A stretch of DNA of 64,000 nucleotides, from assembly GCA_951406725.2 (NCBI GenBank), contig OX597814.1, positions 68,076,001 through 68,140,000 of the forward strand, in the 5' to 3' direction. This document shows positions 24,375-37,670 of this stretch, in pieces (the stretch's first letter is position 1; each line of letters begins with the position of its first letter). The notes under the pieces were generated by a model. That model searched no databases. It had not been told where the DNA came from and saw nothing but the letters and a program-made list of their open reading frames with translations. The stretch comes from Octopus vulgaris. Its lineage: Eukaryota. Both the position numbers and the translations under genes were made by a program.

Positions 24375-26855
24375 AAGCCGGCAAGCTGTCAGAATCATTT
24401 GCACGTCGAGCAAAATGCTTAGCAGCATTTCGTTCGTCTTTACGTTCTGATTTTAAATGCCACCGAAGTCGACTTTGCCTTTCATCCGTTCGGCCTCGAT
24501 AATTTAATTACCAAGTTGAGTACTGGCGTTGATGTAATTGACTTAACTCTTTCTTAAAACTCCTGGTTTGTGCCAAATTTTGAAGCTTTTATTATCTCCA
24601 TAGACCTTGCAGAGAAGACTCGATGCGATCGCTCGATTAGCTTGAAATGGCAGTCAGATCTCTTTATAATCAAACTTTCCTATTTTAAATGTTATGAACA
24701 AATGCTATGTTGCAATTTTATTCTCCTATATTAAACACTAGCCCCCAAAAGTAAATAGCACGAAAAAATAAAACCAAAAACTGGAAATCTCCGCTGTTTA
24801 AAACATAATTCCGTAAAGAATTTTTAAAAATTAATTTTATGGCTAGAGATGCTTGTCCCGAAAATCTCTTAAATCAATAGACAAAAATAATTCATCTTTA
24901 AAATTCATGGTGGCTTTTACGGAATTGAAGTGAGTAGACGGGAAGTCCTGTTTCGATTTGTAGAACCGGGAAAAGAACCCCGTTATAAAGTCTTCAGAAT
25001 GGACAATGAAATTTTATTTTTCATCAACGTATATTCTACGGTACTTATTCTTAGTCTGAATATGACGATTCTGGATTTTCGGTTAAAGAGACACTTATGT
25101 TTCTCGTTCTCTTGCTTCATTTGAATTAGATATTTTTTCGTTAGACCACCAGGACAATATGTCTAATAGTGCCAATATCTAATACTGTTTATTACAGCCC
25201 TTACCATCTGAGTTCAAATCACACTGAAGTCAACACTGCTTTTCACCCCTCCGGGGACGATAGAATTTAGTATTGGTCAAATACTACGACGATTTAATCA
25301 ATTAACACTCCCCAAATCCCAGGTTTTGTGCCTATATTAGAAACAAAAATTATTAGTAGTTGTAGCATAATTAATGGATTGTTAACGGTTGGGGATTGGT
25401 TGAATTAATTGAGGATCAAAATTATTGCATTACTTTATTTCTTTCTATCCCTTTATATTCTGAGTTTAGTCCCACTAGAGTTAATTTTTCTTTCATCGCT
25501 CCTGAGTGAATACATAAAGGTATCTTTCAAGTTCTAGTGTCAATTTTATGGACTGTCTCATCTCTCGTTAATTGTATCTGTTTTAGGAACGATTATTTTG
25601 TCGAGGGATTCAGTACTTTCTTCTATTATTCCACAGTTATACGTTCTTTTCAAACGTTTATTATTTGATATGTAAGTTAATTGTTTGGTTAGAACCAGAT
25701 GCATTCTGGAATATGTAACTTCTCAGATGTTTTCACGGTTCATATCAATTGCTGTCATCAATCTGTATCTTTTAAAAGCATTCCAAAATTATCACTGCTG
25801 GGAAATGGAGAGATCCCAACAGTAAACTGATAATATTTCTCTCCTGATAGTTGGTGTATTGTTTCTTATTTCAATATTTGTTTAAATAATATTTGTTTAA
25901 ATGATAATCTTTGAATTTAATCTCGTTTTCTAACTCCAAGTGCCAATTCACTTCAGTTTATTTCGATCGTGTTACTGGAAAATTCAAGTTAAAGATATTT
26001 GTAACATATTTGAGAGTTAATTTCTACTTAATCATATTCATTTTAATTTATTTTGGATAGATTCAAGAAAAAGAAGTGCACAATCATATTTTTTTAAACT
26101 CTTTTGTTTCAGTTACTTGGGGAAATTTCTAAGTAATGCTGGTTTTAAATTTTGGCACAAGGCCACCAAGTTCAGTGGGGAAGGGTAAGTCGACTGGTAC
26201 TTAACGCTGCGAAAGGATGAAAGGTAAGGTTGACTTCGGCGGAATTTGAACTCAGAATGTAAAAACGGACGAAATGCCGCTAAGCATTTTTTCCATGCGT
26301 GCTAACGGTTCAGCCAGCTCACCGCCTTGTTGTACTAATGATATTATAAGACAGATTAAGGCGACGAACTGGCAGAATCGTTAACATACTGAGCAAAATG
26401 CTCAATGACATTTGGTGCGTTTTTACGTTCTGAGCTCTAATTCTGTATAAGTCGACTTTCCCTTTCATCCTTTTATGGCTAGAGATGCTTGTCCTGAAAA
26501 TCTCTTAAATCAATAGAAAAAAATAATTCATCTTTAAAATTCATGGTGATTTTTACGAAATGGAAGTGAGTAGACGGGAATACTGGTGTCGATGTAATTG
26601 ACTTATCTCTCCTTCGAAATTGTTGGCCTTGTACTAATTTTTCTAAAAAAAAATTGTTATTAATTAGATTAAGGCTGTAGAATCCTTGGTACCCCGCAAA
26701 AATACTTAGCAGCATTTCGTCCATCTTTACGCTCTGAGTTCAAATTCCGCCGAAGTCGACTTTGCCTCTCATCCTTTCCGGATCGATAAAATAAGTACCA
26801 GTTGAAGTCTGAGTCCCTGAAATTGCTGGCCTTCTTCCAAAATTTGAAACCAATG
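24375..26855. mobile_element. Cluster of SINE family B copies (24375-24590 +, 25190-25345 +, 26140-26330 -, 26357-26650 +, 26680-26855 +)
   Basis: Repeated ...gttctgagttcaaattccgccgaagtcgactttgcctttcatcc... core. Another partial copy at about 21170-21305 (-). Confidence 0.75.
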
Positions 26856-29067
26856 TTATTAGTCAGATTAATATGAGTGACAAATGAGTGAAAGTGGCAA
26901 AATAGTTATGTTAAAAAGTTACCGAGCCCAATTTTGTCCAACATAAAGTACCAGTCAAGAACAGCAGTCGAAATACTGACTGTGTTCTCTCTTCCAAATT
27001 TACGGTCATGTGGTAACGTAAGAAATGAATATTAGTCACATTAATAAAGCGACAGCCGAAACAGAAAGGAAAAAAAAAAGATAGGGGATTATATGACAAA
27101 TGAAAGAAGTCTGCAAGCAATAGAAACTCACACGGATTGTTTACTCTAAGATATGTATTTAAATATAAATTAAAGAAACGAAAATTCGAAGATAAATAAT
27201 ATATTGAATCACCCTCTATCGAGACATTACAAACATTTTACAGTTGATTTGTTCAATAGCTAGACTAGGAAATAAATGTTTCTATGAGGGGACATACATG
27301 TGCGTGAGCATGTATGTCCATGTTTATATAAGAAAATGATAGAAAGAAAAGCTAACTGCACATTAACAAGTAATTAGGATTTCCACCCCAACATTGTGAA
27401 GCTAGAACATTGTAAACTGGAATCAAAAGCATCGAAATGGAGAGAGACACGAACGGAACTGTACTGAATGATTTCATTAACAATAAGTGGAATGCAATTT
27501 TTAGTTATAATATAAATCAGTTTTATTCAGTGCATTGGCACATGATTGTACTTTCTAACTCTAATGAGAACGGCTTAATATTAAAGGAAGGAATGGAAAT
27601 ACATTATGTATGTCCAAATTAAATGGTTCAGAGAAGAACAGTATTCAAAGAAACTGGTCAAAACTTTCATTCTCATACATAGATGAAGTGCTATTCAACT
27701 GACTAACAACGTTAACCAAAACCAAATATCTGACTGGATTATTGAAAATAAGATTAGTTAATAATAAATAAGAAAATTGTTGACAAAGTATGATATGTTT
27801 GTAGCATTCACAGCAATCGTTACAATTACAATACATAAATTCCTGAAAAATTAAACTTCAGAAATGAATCATGGAACGAAGTTAAGGAACAAATAACTAT
27901 TTACAAATAATTATAAGCTGTTAACAAATAATCAATGAATCTACTTCACAATATTACTTGCAAATTTCTGCATGATGTAGAACGCTTTAAAAATGTTATG
28001 GTTCCACGCTTTTTTAGCATATATTCCTTCAATATGCTTGGCATTATTGAAAGTTTGTTCCAACAGATACAACTCCAAGGGAAGAGTCGATTTCTATACA
28101 AATAACATATATCCTGTATCTTTAGCAGATAATGGAGATATAACTTAGATAGATCCTCCTCACTCAGTTTCATTTCGTCTACATTAATTGAAGCTGCGTT
28201 ATAAGCTCTGGCAGAATAGTGAAACTGAGGCAGTTGATGTTTAGCATTCACTACAGCAAGTTGTGTATTGGCAGGTAATATGTTGCAAATATTTCACGAT
28301 AAAAGACAGGGAAAAATCTTTTGTGCCAGGTTTTGGTGTGAAATCTCTCTATATATAAAACTGATCATGTGTGTGTGTCTGTCTGTCTGTCTGTCTGTGT
28401 GTTACCCTAAAACTTGAGAACTGCACAACCAATTTAATTCAAATTTTACACATGCCTTACTTAGGGTCCATGTAGTTTCATGGGCAAAAAAATGTTCAAC
28501 TTCTTGCCTAGAGCGAGCCCATAGCAATATCATATCTTCACTATTTCAGTTTTACGTGTTAAAAGTGAAACAAAAACATTTCTCTATTTTATGTCAGATG
28601 CTTTCACTTTAACAATAAAAATAATAATAACAATTGAATTATATGTAGTAAGTAATAATTAAAATCAAACTAAAGTATAATATAATCGTAACATAACAAA
28701 AGTAAAAATAGCAATTGGTATAAAATTGCATCAATGACTTGAACTCGAATAAGTGGTTTCACATGAATGGGAATAAATTAAAAATAAAATTGGTGTGCAG
28801 AAATGGAATAGTCCAGATGGATAATAAAAAATTAAATTAAAGAAAAGACTATTGTCTATAAAGTATACAATGTAGAGAAAGGTCGCGTTTTTTCGGCTCC
28901 GTGTTTTTTTTTTTTCGGCTCCTGAAAATTCGGTAAAAAAGAACAAAAAGCGTTGTTGTTGTTGTGGAAATTCTGAACGGCGTTGACGCGGTTTCGCGTT
29001 TCGCTCGTTCAGCGCGTTACACTTTTTCTGTTTTGGCGGCCGTTTTCGGTCTGTCAGACAGAAGGAA

Positions 29068-30431
29068 ATGGACAACCCCTACCTGATGGGAGATACGGCT
29101 GCAGTTTTTGAGTCTTTAACAGACTTGTCTACGTCTGAGGAGGAGCTAGAAATAGCAGTGAGGAAAATGGATCAGAAGCTGGGTTATACCTATGCCGGTG
29201 TAACCAAGAAGGCGGAAGAGAAAGGGGTCGACATGGCCAAGTTGCCAAGTTACCAGAAATACATGAAAAAGGAAAGCGGTGAGGTGGAACTATCACCGAC
29301 ACCCAGGAGAAAAGAATGGTATGATAAGAGGACCATTGTTTACAGGGTGTGCGCAAACGAAAGGAAGAGGGTAGAAGTTGTATCCATGGAATGGATAGAG
29401 GAAGCCCTGCGAAGAACTGAGGAGGAAATAAATTTTCTGACTCGAGGATCCAAGTACGGGACCGTAGTTGTGCACTTTAAAAGTGAATCTGCAGCGAGGA
29501 AGATGGCAGCGAAGGCGGTGAAGTCGGAAAAGGTAACACTGTTACCTACGTATTTAAACAGGAGGATTACACGAATAAGGGTGGAGGGAGTGCCACCAAA
29601 CGTGGAGGCAGAATGGATTGTGGCGGCTGTGATCAGCGGCCACGAGGACGAAGTGGATATTCTCCATGCCTCGGTTAAGTCCGAGGGCTGGAGAGGCGTA
29701 ACAGTGGAGCTGAACGTACAGGCAGAGACCGAGGTACTGGTGGACCTGACGGAAAGCATCAGACTGGGAGAAGTGATCATGAGAGTGTGGGTGGAGGGCA
29801 GGGCTCCACGTTGTTACAAGTGTGGCCTGAGGGGTCACATAAGAGCCTTCTGCCCTCCCCCAGGGAAAGAAATGGATCCCGAACCAGAGAGAGAGAAGCA
29901 GAAACCAGAGGAGAAGGAAACAGAGGAAGAGAATACACAGAAATGGAAGGAAGCTGGAAGTAAGAGGAAGAGAAGAATATGTGGAAAAAAAGAAAATAAT
30001 ATGGAACTCCAATCTACCCCAAAACCTCCCACACCCTCTGAGTCCCACCCTATCCATGCAGACATTGAACCCACCCGCTCCCCCCCAACAAGAAAACAAA
30101 AGAAAAAAAGAATGCACACACACAAGAGATTGAAATCGAACCCAGGCCGTACATTTGTACTATGACTGAACAGAAAGAAGTTAAAAGTCTAATGGAAGAG
30201 TATAAATGGTATGATGTTGGAGAGACTAGGTATGCTGTGATTGAAAAGAAGAACATAGGTGAGTTTATGGGGAGGTGTGAAAGGGAGAATTGGGAGGTGA
30301 AAGATATAAGAATGAGCGATGAATTCGTGGAAAATATGGATGAGTGTTTCGGAGTAAGAATGGATATGGAATTTATTCGTATTGACAAAGAACATTCAAG
30401 TGACTATGAAAAACAAAGGACAGGTAAGTGA
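29068..30431 (+). pseudogene. ORF1-like protein, unit 1 (frameshift in C/A homopolymer tract near 30100)
   Basis: 365-aa + 89-aa ORFs join to match the 472-aa unit 2 protein; zinc knuckle CYKCGLRGHIRAFC. Confidence 0.8.
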
Positions 30432-30769
30432 TGCTGACGGACGGGGCCGTTGGTATCGCTTTCATTTTATCATTTTTTTCGTTTAACACTTCATGTTCAT
30501 ATAGTTTAATTATAATGTTCTATGTCCCCATGTTTTGTGATGTCCGGCACTCTTCGTAGCCCCTTAGTGGGTAATAAAGAAATACGTGGTTTTTTCGGCT
30601 CCGTGTTTTTTTTTTCTCGGCTCCTGAAAATTCGGTAAAAAAGAACAAAAAGCGTTGTTGTTGTTGTGGAAATTCTGAACGGCGTTGACGCGGTTTCGCG
30701 TTTCGCTCGTTCAGCGCGTTACACTTTTTCTGTTTTGGCGGCCGTTTTCGGTCTGTCAGACAGAAGGAA

Positions 30770-32188
30770 ATGGACTATGAGTCTCTAACAGACTTGTCCA
30801 CGACGGATGAGGAACTGGAACAGGCAATTGCAGTGAAGCTGATGGAGGAAAAGGCTGGAGTTTTCGAGTCTTTATCAGACTTGCCTACGTCTGAGAAGGA
30901 GCTAGAAATGGCAGCAAGGAAATTGGAAGACAAGCTGAGTTATACCTATGCCGGTGTAACCAAGAAGGCGGAAGAGAAAGGGGTCGACATGGCCAAGTTG
31001 CCAAGTTACCAGAAATACATGAAAAAGGAAAGCGGTGAGGTGGAACTATCACCGACACCCAGGAGAAAAGAATGGTATGATAAGAGGACCATTGTTTACA
31101 GGGTGTGCGCAAACGAAAGGAAGAGGGTAGAAGTTGTATCCATGGAATGGATAGAGGAAGCCCTGCGAAGAACTGAGGAGGAAATAAATTTTCTGACTCG
31201 AGGATCCAAGTACGGTACCGTAGTTGTGCATTTCAAAACTGAGTCTGCAGCGAGGAAGATGGCGGCGAAGCCGGTGAAGTCAGAAAAGGTAACCCTATTA
31301 CCTACGTATTTAAACAGGAAGATTACACGAATAAGGGTGGAGGGAGTGCCACCAAACGTGGAGGCAGAATGGATTGTGGCGGCTGTGATCAGCGGCCACG
31401 AGGACGAAGTGGATATTCTCCATGCCTCGGTTAAGTCCGAGGGCTGGAGAGGCGTAACAGTGGAGCTGAACGTACAGGCAGAGACCGAGGTACTGGTGGA
31501 CCTGACGGAAAGCATCAGACTGGGAGACGTGGTCATGAGAGTGTGGGTGGAGGGCAGGGCTCCACGTTGTTACAAGTGTGGCCTGAGGGGTCACATAAGA
31601 GCCTTCTGCCCTCCCCCAGGGAAAGAAATGGATTCCGAACCAGAGAGAGAGAAGCAGAAACCAGAGGAGAAGGAAACAAAGGAAGAGAATACACAGAAAT
31701 GGAAGGAAGCTGGAAGTAAGAGGAAGAGAAGAATATGTGGAAAAAAAGAAAATAATATGGAACTCCAATCTACCCCAAAATCTCCCACACCCTCTGAGTC
31801 CCACCCTATCCATGCAGACATTGAACCCACCCGCTCCCCCCCAACAAGAAAACAAAAGGAAAAAAAGAATACACACACACAAGAGATTGAAATCGAACCC
31901 AGGCCGTACATTTGTACTATGACTGAACAGAAGGAAGTTAAAAGTCTAATGGAAGAGTATAAATGGTATGATGTTGGAGAGACTAGGTATGCTGTGATTG
32001 AAAAGAAGAACATAGGTGAGTTTATGGGGAGGTGTGAAAGGGAGAATTGGGAGGTGAAAGATATAAGAATGAGCGATGAATTCGTGGAAAATATGGATGA
32101 GTATTTCGGAGTAAGAATGGATATGGAATTTATTCGTATTGACAAAGAACATTCAAGTGACTATGAAAAACAAAGGACAGGTAAGTGA
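30770..32188 (+). CDS. Intact 472-aa ORF1/gag-like nucleic-acid-binding protein (RRM-like region + CCHC zinc knuckle), unit 2
   Basis: FLTRGSKYGTVVVHF, LLPTYLNRK, RVWVEGRAPRCYKCGLRGHIRAFC align with Tx1 ORF1 at 44910 (YVGRGARSATVEAHF, LLPTYMGKR, RVSVEGRRPRCFKCGEKGHVRSNC). Confidence 0.85.
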   Translation: MDYESLTDLSTTDEELEQAIAVKLMEEKAGVFESLSDLPTSEKELEMAARKLEDKLSYTYAGVTKKAEEKGVDMAKLPSYQKYMKKESGEVELSPTPRRKEWYDKRTIVYRVCANERKRVEVVSMEWIEEALRRTEEEINFLTRGSKYGTVVVHFKTESAARKMAAKPVKSEKVTLLPTYLNRKITRIRVEGVPPNVEAEWIVAAVISGHEDEVDILHASVKSEGWRGVTVELNVQAETEVLVDLTESIRLGDVVMRVWVEGRAPRCYKCGLRGHIRAFCPPPGKEMDSEPEREKQKPEEKETKEENTQKWKEAGSKRKRRICGKKENNMELQSTPKSPTPSESHPIHADIEPTRSPPTRKQKEKKNTHTQEIEIEPRPYICTMTEQKEVKSLMEEYKWYDVGETRYAVIEKKNIGEFMGRCERENWEVKDIRMSDEFVENMDEYFGVRMDMEFIRIDKEHSSDYEKQRTGK

Positions 32189-32524
32189 TGCTGACGGACG
32201 GGGCCGTTGGTATCGCTTTCATTTTATCATTTTTTCGTTTAACAATTCATTTTCATAAAGTTTAATTATAATGTTCTATGTCCCCATGTTTTGTTATGTC
32301 CGCCATTCTTCGTAGCCCCTTAGTGGGTAATAAAGAAATACGTGTTTTTTCGGCTCCGTGTTTTTTTTTTCTCGGCTCCTGAAAATTCGGTAAAAAAGAA
32401 CAAAAAGCGTTGTTGTTGTTGTGGAAATTCTGAACGGCGTTGACGCGGTTTCGCGTTTCGCTCGTTCAGCGCGTTACACTTTTTCTGTTTTGGCGGCCGT
32501 TTTCGGTCTGTCAGACAGAAGGAA

Positions 32525-33941
32525 ATGGACTATGAGTCTCTAACAGACTTGTCCACGACGGATGAGGAACTGGAACAGGCAATTGCAGTGAAGCTGATGG
32601 AGGAAAAGGCTGGAGTTTTCGAGTCTTTATCAGACTTGCCTACGTCTGAGAAGGAGCTAGAAATGGCAGCAAGGAAATTGGAAGACAAGCTGAGTTATAC
32701 CTATGCCGGTGTAACCAAGAAGGCGGAAGAGAAAGGGGTCGACATGGCCAAGTTGCCAAGTTACCAGAAATACATGAAAAAGGAAAGCGGTGAGGTGGAA
32801 CTATCACCGACACCCAGGAGAAAAGAATGGTATGATAAGAGGACCATTGTTTACAGGGTGTGCGCAAACGAAAGGAAGAGGGTAGAAGTTGTATCCATGG
32901 AATGGATAGAGGAAGCCCTGCGAAGAACTGAGGAGGAAATAAATTTTCTGACTCGAGGATCCAAGTACGGGACCGTAGTTGTGCACTTTAAAAGTGAATC
33001 TGCAGCGAGGAAGATGGCAGCGAAGGCGGTGAAGTCGGAAAAGGTAACACTGTTACCTACGTATTTAAACAGGAGGATTACACGAATAAGGGTGGAGGGA
33101 GTGCCACCAAACGTGGAGGCAGAATGGATTGTGGCGGCTGTGATCAGCGGCCACGAGGACGAAGTGGATATTCTCCATGCCTCGGTTAAGTCCGAGGGCT
33201 GGAGAGGCGTAACAGTGGAGCTGAACGTACAGGCAGAGACCGAGGTACTGGTGGACCTGACGGAAAGCATCAGACTGGGAGAAGTGATCATGAGAGTGTG
33301 GGTGGAGGGCAGGGCTCCACGTTGTTACAAGTGTGGCCTGAGGGGTCACATAAGAGCCTTCTGCCCTCCCCCAGGGAAAGAAATGGATCCCGAACCAGAG
33401 AGAGAGAAGCAGAAACCAGAGGAGAAGGAAACAGAGGAAGAGAATACACAGAAATGGAAGGAAGCTGGAAGTAAGAGGAAGAGAAGAATATGTGGAAAAA
33501 AAGAAAATAATATGGAACTCCAATCTACCCCAAAACCTCCCACACCCTCTGAGTCCCACCCTATCCATGCAGACATTGAACCCACCCGCTCCCCCCAACA
33601 AGAAAACAAAAGAAAAAAAAGAATACACACACACAAGAGATTGAAATCGAACCCAGGCCGTACATTTGTACTATGACTGAACAGAGGGAAGTTAAAAGTC
33701 TAATGGAAGAGTATAAACGGTATGATGTTGGAGAGACTAGGTATGCTGTGATTGAAAAAAGAACATAGGTGAGTTTATGGGGAGGTGTGAAAGGGAGAAT
33801 TGGGAGGTGAAAGATATAAGAATGAGCGATGAATTCGTGGAAAATATGAATGAGTATTTCGGAGTAAGAATGGATATGGAATTTATTCGTATTGGCAAAG
33901 AACATTCAAGTGACTATGAAAAACAAAGGACAGGTAAGTGA
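32525..33941 (+). pseudogene. ORF1-like protein, unit 3 (frameshifts in homopolymers)
   Basis: 383-aa ORF plus disrupted C-terminal domain. Confidence 0.8.
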
Positions 33942-34256
33942 TGCTGACGGACGGGGCCGTTGGTATCGCTTTCATTTTATCATTTTTTCGTTTAACACTT
34001 CATGTTCATATAGTTTAATTATAATGTTCTATGTCCCCATGTTTTGTTATGTCCGGCCACTCTTCGTAGCCCCTTAGTGGGTAATAAAGAAATACGTGTT
34101 TTTTTCGACTCCTGAAATTCGGTAAAAAAGAACAAAAAGCGTTGTTGTTGTTGTGGAAATTCTGAACGGCGTTGACGCGGTTTCGCGTTTCGCTCGTTCA
34201 GCGCGTTACACTTTTTCTGTTTTGGCGGCCGTTTTCGGTCTGTCAGACAGAAGGAA

Positions 34257-35674
34257 ATGGACTATGAGTCTCTAACAGACTTGTCCACGACGGATGAGGA
34301 ACTGGAACAGGCAAGTGCAGTGAAGCTGATGGAGGAAAAGGCTGGAGTTTTCGAGTCTTTATCAGACTTGCCTACGTCTGAGAAGGAGCTAGAAATGGCA
34401 GCAAGGAAATTGGAAGACAAGCCGAGTTATACCTATGCCGGTGTAACCAAGAAGGCGGAAGAGAAAGGGGTCGACATGGCCAAGTTGCCAAGTTACCAGA
34501 AATACATGAAAAAGGAAAGCGGTGAGGTGGAACTATCACCGACACCCAGGAGAAAAGAATGGTATGATAAGAGGACCATTGTTTACAGGGTGTGCGCAAA
34601 CGAAAGGAAGAGGGTAGAAGTTGTATCCATGGAATGGATAGAGGAAGCCCTGCGAAGAACTGAGGAGGAAATAAATTTTCTGACTCGAGGATCCAAGTAC
34701 GGGACCGTAGTTGTGCACTTTAAAAGTGAATCTGCAGCGAGGAAGATGGCAGCGAAGGCGGTGAAGTCGGAAAAGGTAACACTGTTACCTACGTATTTAA
34801 ACAGGAGGATTACACGAATAAGGGTGGAGGGAGTGCCACCAAACGTGGAGGCAGAATGGATTGTGGCGGCTGTGATCAGCGGCCACGAGGACGAAGTGGA
34901 TATTCTCCATGCCTCGGTTAAGTCCGAGGGCTGGAGAGGCGTAACAGTGGAGCTGAACGTACAGGCAGAGACCGAGGTACTGGTGGACCTGACGGAAAGC
35001 ATCAGACTGGGAGAAGTGATCATGAGAGTGTGGGTGGAGGGCAGGGCTCCACGTTGTTACAAGTGTGGCCTGAGGGGTCACATAAGAGCCATCTGCCCTC
35101 CCCCAGGGAAAGAAATGGATCCCGAACCAGAGAGAGAGAAGCAGAAACCAGAGGAGAAGGAAACAGAGGAAGAGAATACACAGAAATGGAAGGAAGCTGG
35201 AAGTAAGAGGAAGAGAAGAATATGTGGAAAAAAAGAAAATAATATGGAACTCCAATCTACCCCAAAACCTCCCACACCCTCTGAGTCCCACCCTATCCAT
35301 GCAGACATTGAACCCACCCGCTCCCCCCAACAAGAAAACAAAAGAAAAAAAAGAATACACACACACAAGAGATTGAAATCGAACCCAGGCCGTACATTTG
35401 TACTATGACTGAACAGAGGGAAGTTAAAAGTCTAATGGAAGAGTATAAACGGTATGATGTTGGAGAGACTAGGTATGCTGTGATTGAAAAAAAGAACATA
35501 GGTGAGTTTATGGGGAGGTGTGAAAGGGAGAATTGGGAGGTGAAAGATATAAGAATGAGCGATGAATTCGTGGAAAATATGAATGAGTATTTCGGAGTAA
35601 GAATGGATATGGAATTTATTCGTATTGGCAAAGAACATTCAAGTGACTATGAAAAACAAAGGACAGGTAAGTGA
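34257..35674 (+). pseudogene. ORF1-like protein, unit 4 (frameshift in homopolymer tract)
   Basis: 383-aa + 89-aa ORFs. Confidence 0.8.
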
Positions 35675-35990
35675 TGCTGACGGACGGGGCCGTTGGTATC
35701 GCTTTCATTTTATCATTTTTTTCGTTTAACACTTCATGTTCATATAGTTTAATTATAATGTTCTATGTCCCCATGTTTTGTTATGTCCGCCATTCTTCGT
35801 AGCCCCTTAGTGGGTAATAAAGAAATACACGTTTTTTTGCGCTCTGTAAAATTCGGTAAAAAAGAACAAAAAGCGTTGTTGTTGTTGTGGAAATTCTAAA
35901 CGGCGTTGACGCGGTTTCGCGTTTCGCTCGTTCAGCGCGTTACACTTTTTCTGTTTTGGCGGCCGTTTTCGGTCTGTCAGACAGAAGGAG

Positions 35991-37353
35991 ATGGACAACC
36001 CCTACATGATGGGAGATACGGCTGCAGTTTTTGAGTCTTTAACAGACTTGTCTACGTCTGAGGAGGAGCTAGAAATAGCAGTGAGGAAAATGGATCAGAA
36101 GCTGGGTTATACCTATGCCGGTGTAACCAAGAAGGCGGAAGAGAAAGGGGTCGACATGGCCAAGTTGCCAAGTTACCAGAAATACATGAAAAAGGAAAGC
36201 GGTGAGGTGGAACTATCACCGACACCCAGGAGAAAGGAATGGTATGATAAGAGGACCATTATTTACAGGGTGTTCGCAAACGAAAGGAAGAGGGTAGAAG
36301 TTGTAACCATGGAATGGATAGAGGAAGCCCTGCGAAGAACTGAGGAGGAAATAAATTTTCTGACTCGAGGATCCAAGTACGGTACCGTAGTTGTGCATTT
36401 CAAAACTGAGTCTGCAGCGAGGAAGATGGCGGCGAAGGCGGTGAAGTCAGAAAAGGTAACCCTATTACCTACGTATTTAAACAGGAGGATTACACGAATA
36501 AGGGTGGAGGGAGTGCCACCAAACGTGGAGGCAGAATGGATTGTGGCGGCTGTGATCAGCGGCCACGAGGACGAAGTGGATATTCTCCATGCCTCGGTTA
36601 AGTCCGAGGGCTGGAGAGGCGTAACAGTGGAGCTGAACGTACAGGCAGAGACCGAGGTACTGGTGGACCTGACGGAAAGCATCAGACTGGGAGACGTGGT
36701 CATGAGAGTGTGGGTGGAGGGCAGGGCTCCACGTTGTTACAAGTGTGGCCTGAGGGGTCACATAAGAGCCTTCTGCCCTCCCCCAGGGAAAGAAATGGAT
36801 TCCGAACCAGAGAGAGAGAAGCAGAAACCAGAGGAGAAGGAAACAGAGGAAGAGAATACACAGAAATGGAAGGAAGCTGGAAGTAAGAGGAAGAGAAGAA
36901 TATGTGGAAAAAAAGAAAATAATATGGAACTCCAATCTACCCCAAAACCTCCCACACCCTCTGAGTCCCACCCTATCCATGCAGACATTGAACCCACCCG
37001 CTCCCCCCAACAAGAAAACAAAAGAAAAAAAGAATACACACACACAAGAGATTGAAATCGAACCCAGGCCGTACATTTGTACTATGACTGAACAGAAAGA
37101 AGTTAAAAGTCTAATGGAAGAGTATAAATGGTATGATGTTGGAGAGACTAGGTATGCTGTGATTGAAAAGAAGAACATAGGTGAGTTTATGGGGAGGTGT
37201 GAAAGGGAGAATTGGGAGGTGAAAGATATAAGAATGAGCGATGAATTCGTGGAAAATATGGATGAGTATTTCGGAGTAAGAATGGATATGGAATTTATTC
37301 GTATTGACAAAGAACATTCAAGTGACTATGAAAAACAAAGGACAGGTAAGTGA
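35991..37353 (+). pseudogene. ORF1-like protein, unit 5 (frameshift in homopolymer tract)
   Basis: 354-aa + 149-aa overlapping ORFs. Confidence 0.8.
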
Positions 37354-37670
37354 TGCTGACGGACGGGGCCGTTGGTATCGCTTTCATTTTATCATTTTTT
37401 TCGTTTAACAATTCATGTTCATAAAGTTTAATTATAATGTTCTATGTCCCCATGTTTTGTTATGTCCGCCATTCTTCGTAGCCCCTTAGTGGGTAATAAA
37501 GAAATACGCGTTTTTTTGCGCTCTGTAAAATTCGGTTAAAAAAGAAAAAACAACAAAAAGTGAATTGTGGTTGCGGAATTGGAACGTCGGTTGGTGCGGT
37601 TTCGCGTCGCACTGGTTCTGTGCGTCGCACGTTTTCTGTTCGGGAGGCCGTTTTTCGGTCTGAGGCGACT

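Noticed and set aside
27437-28251. Short ORFs as possible host exons
   Set aside because: No homology or consistent exon frame that I can identify.
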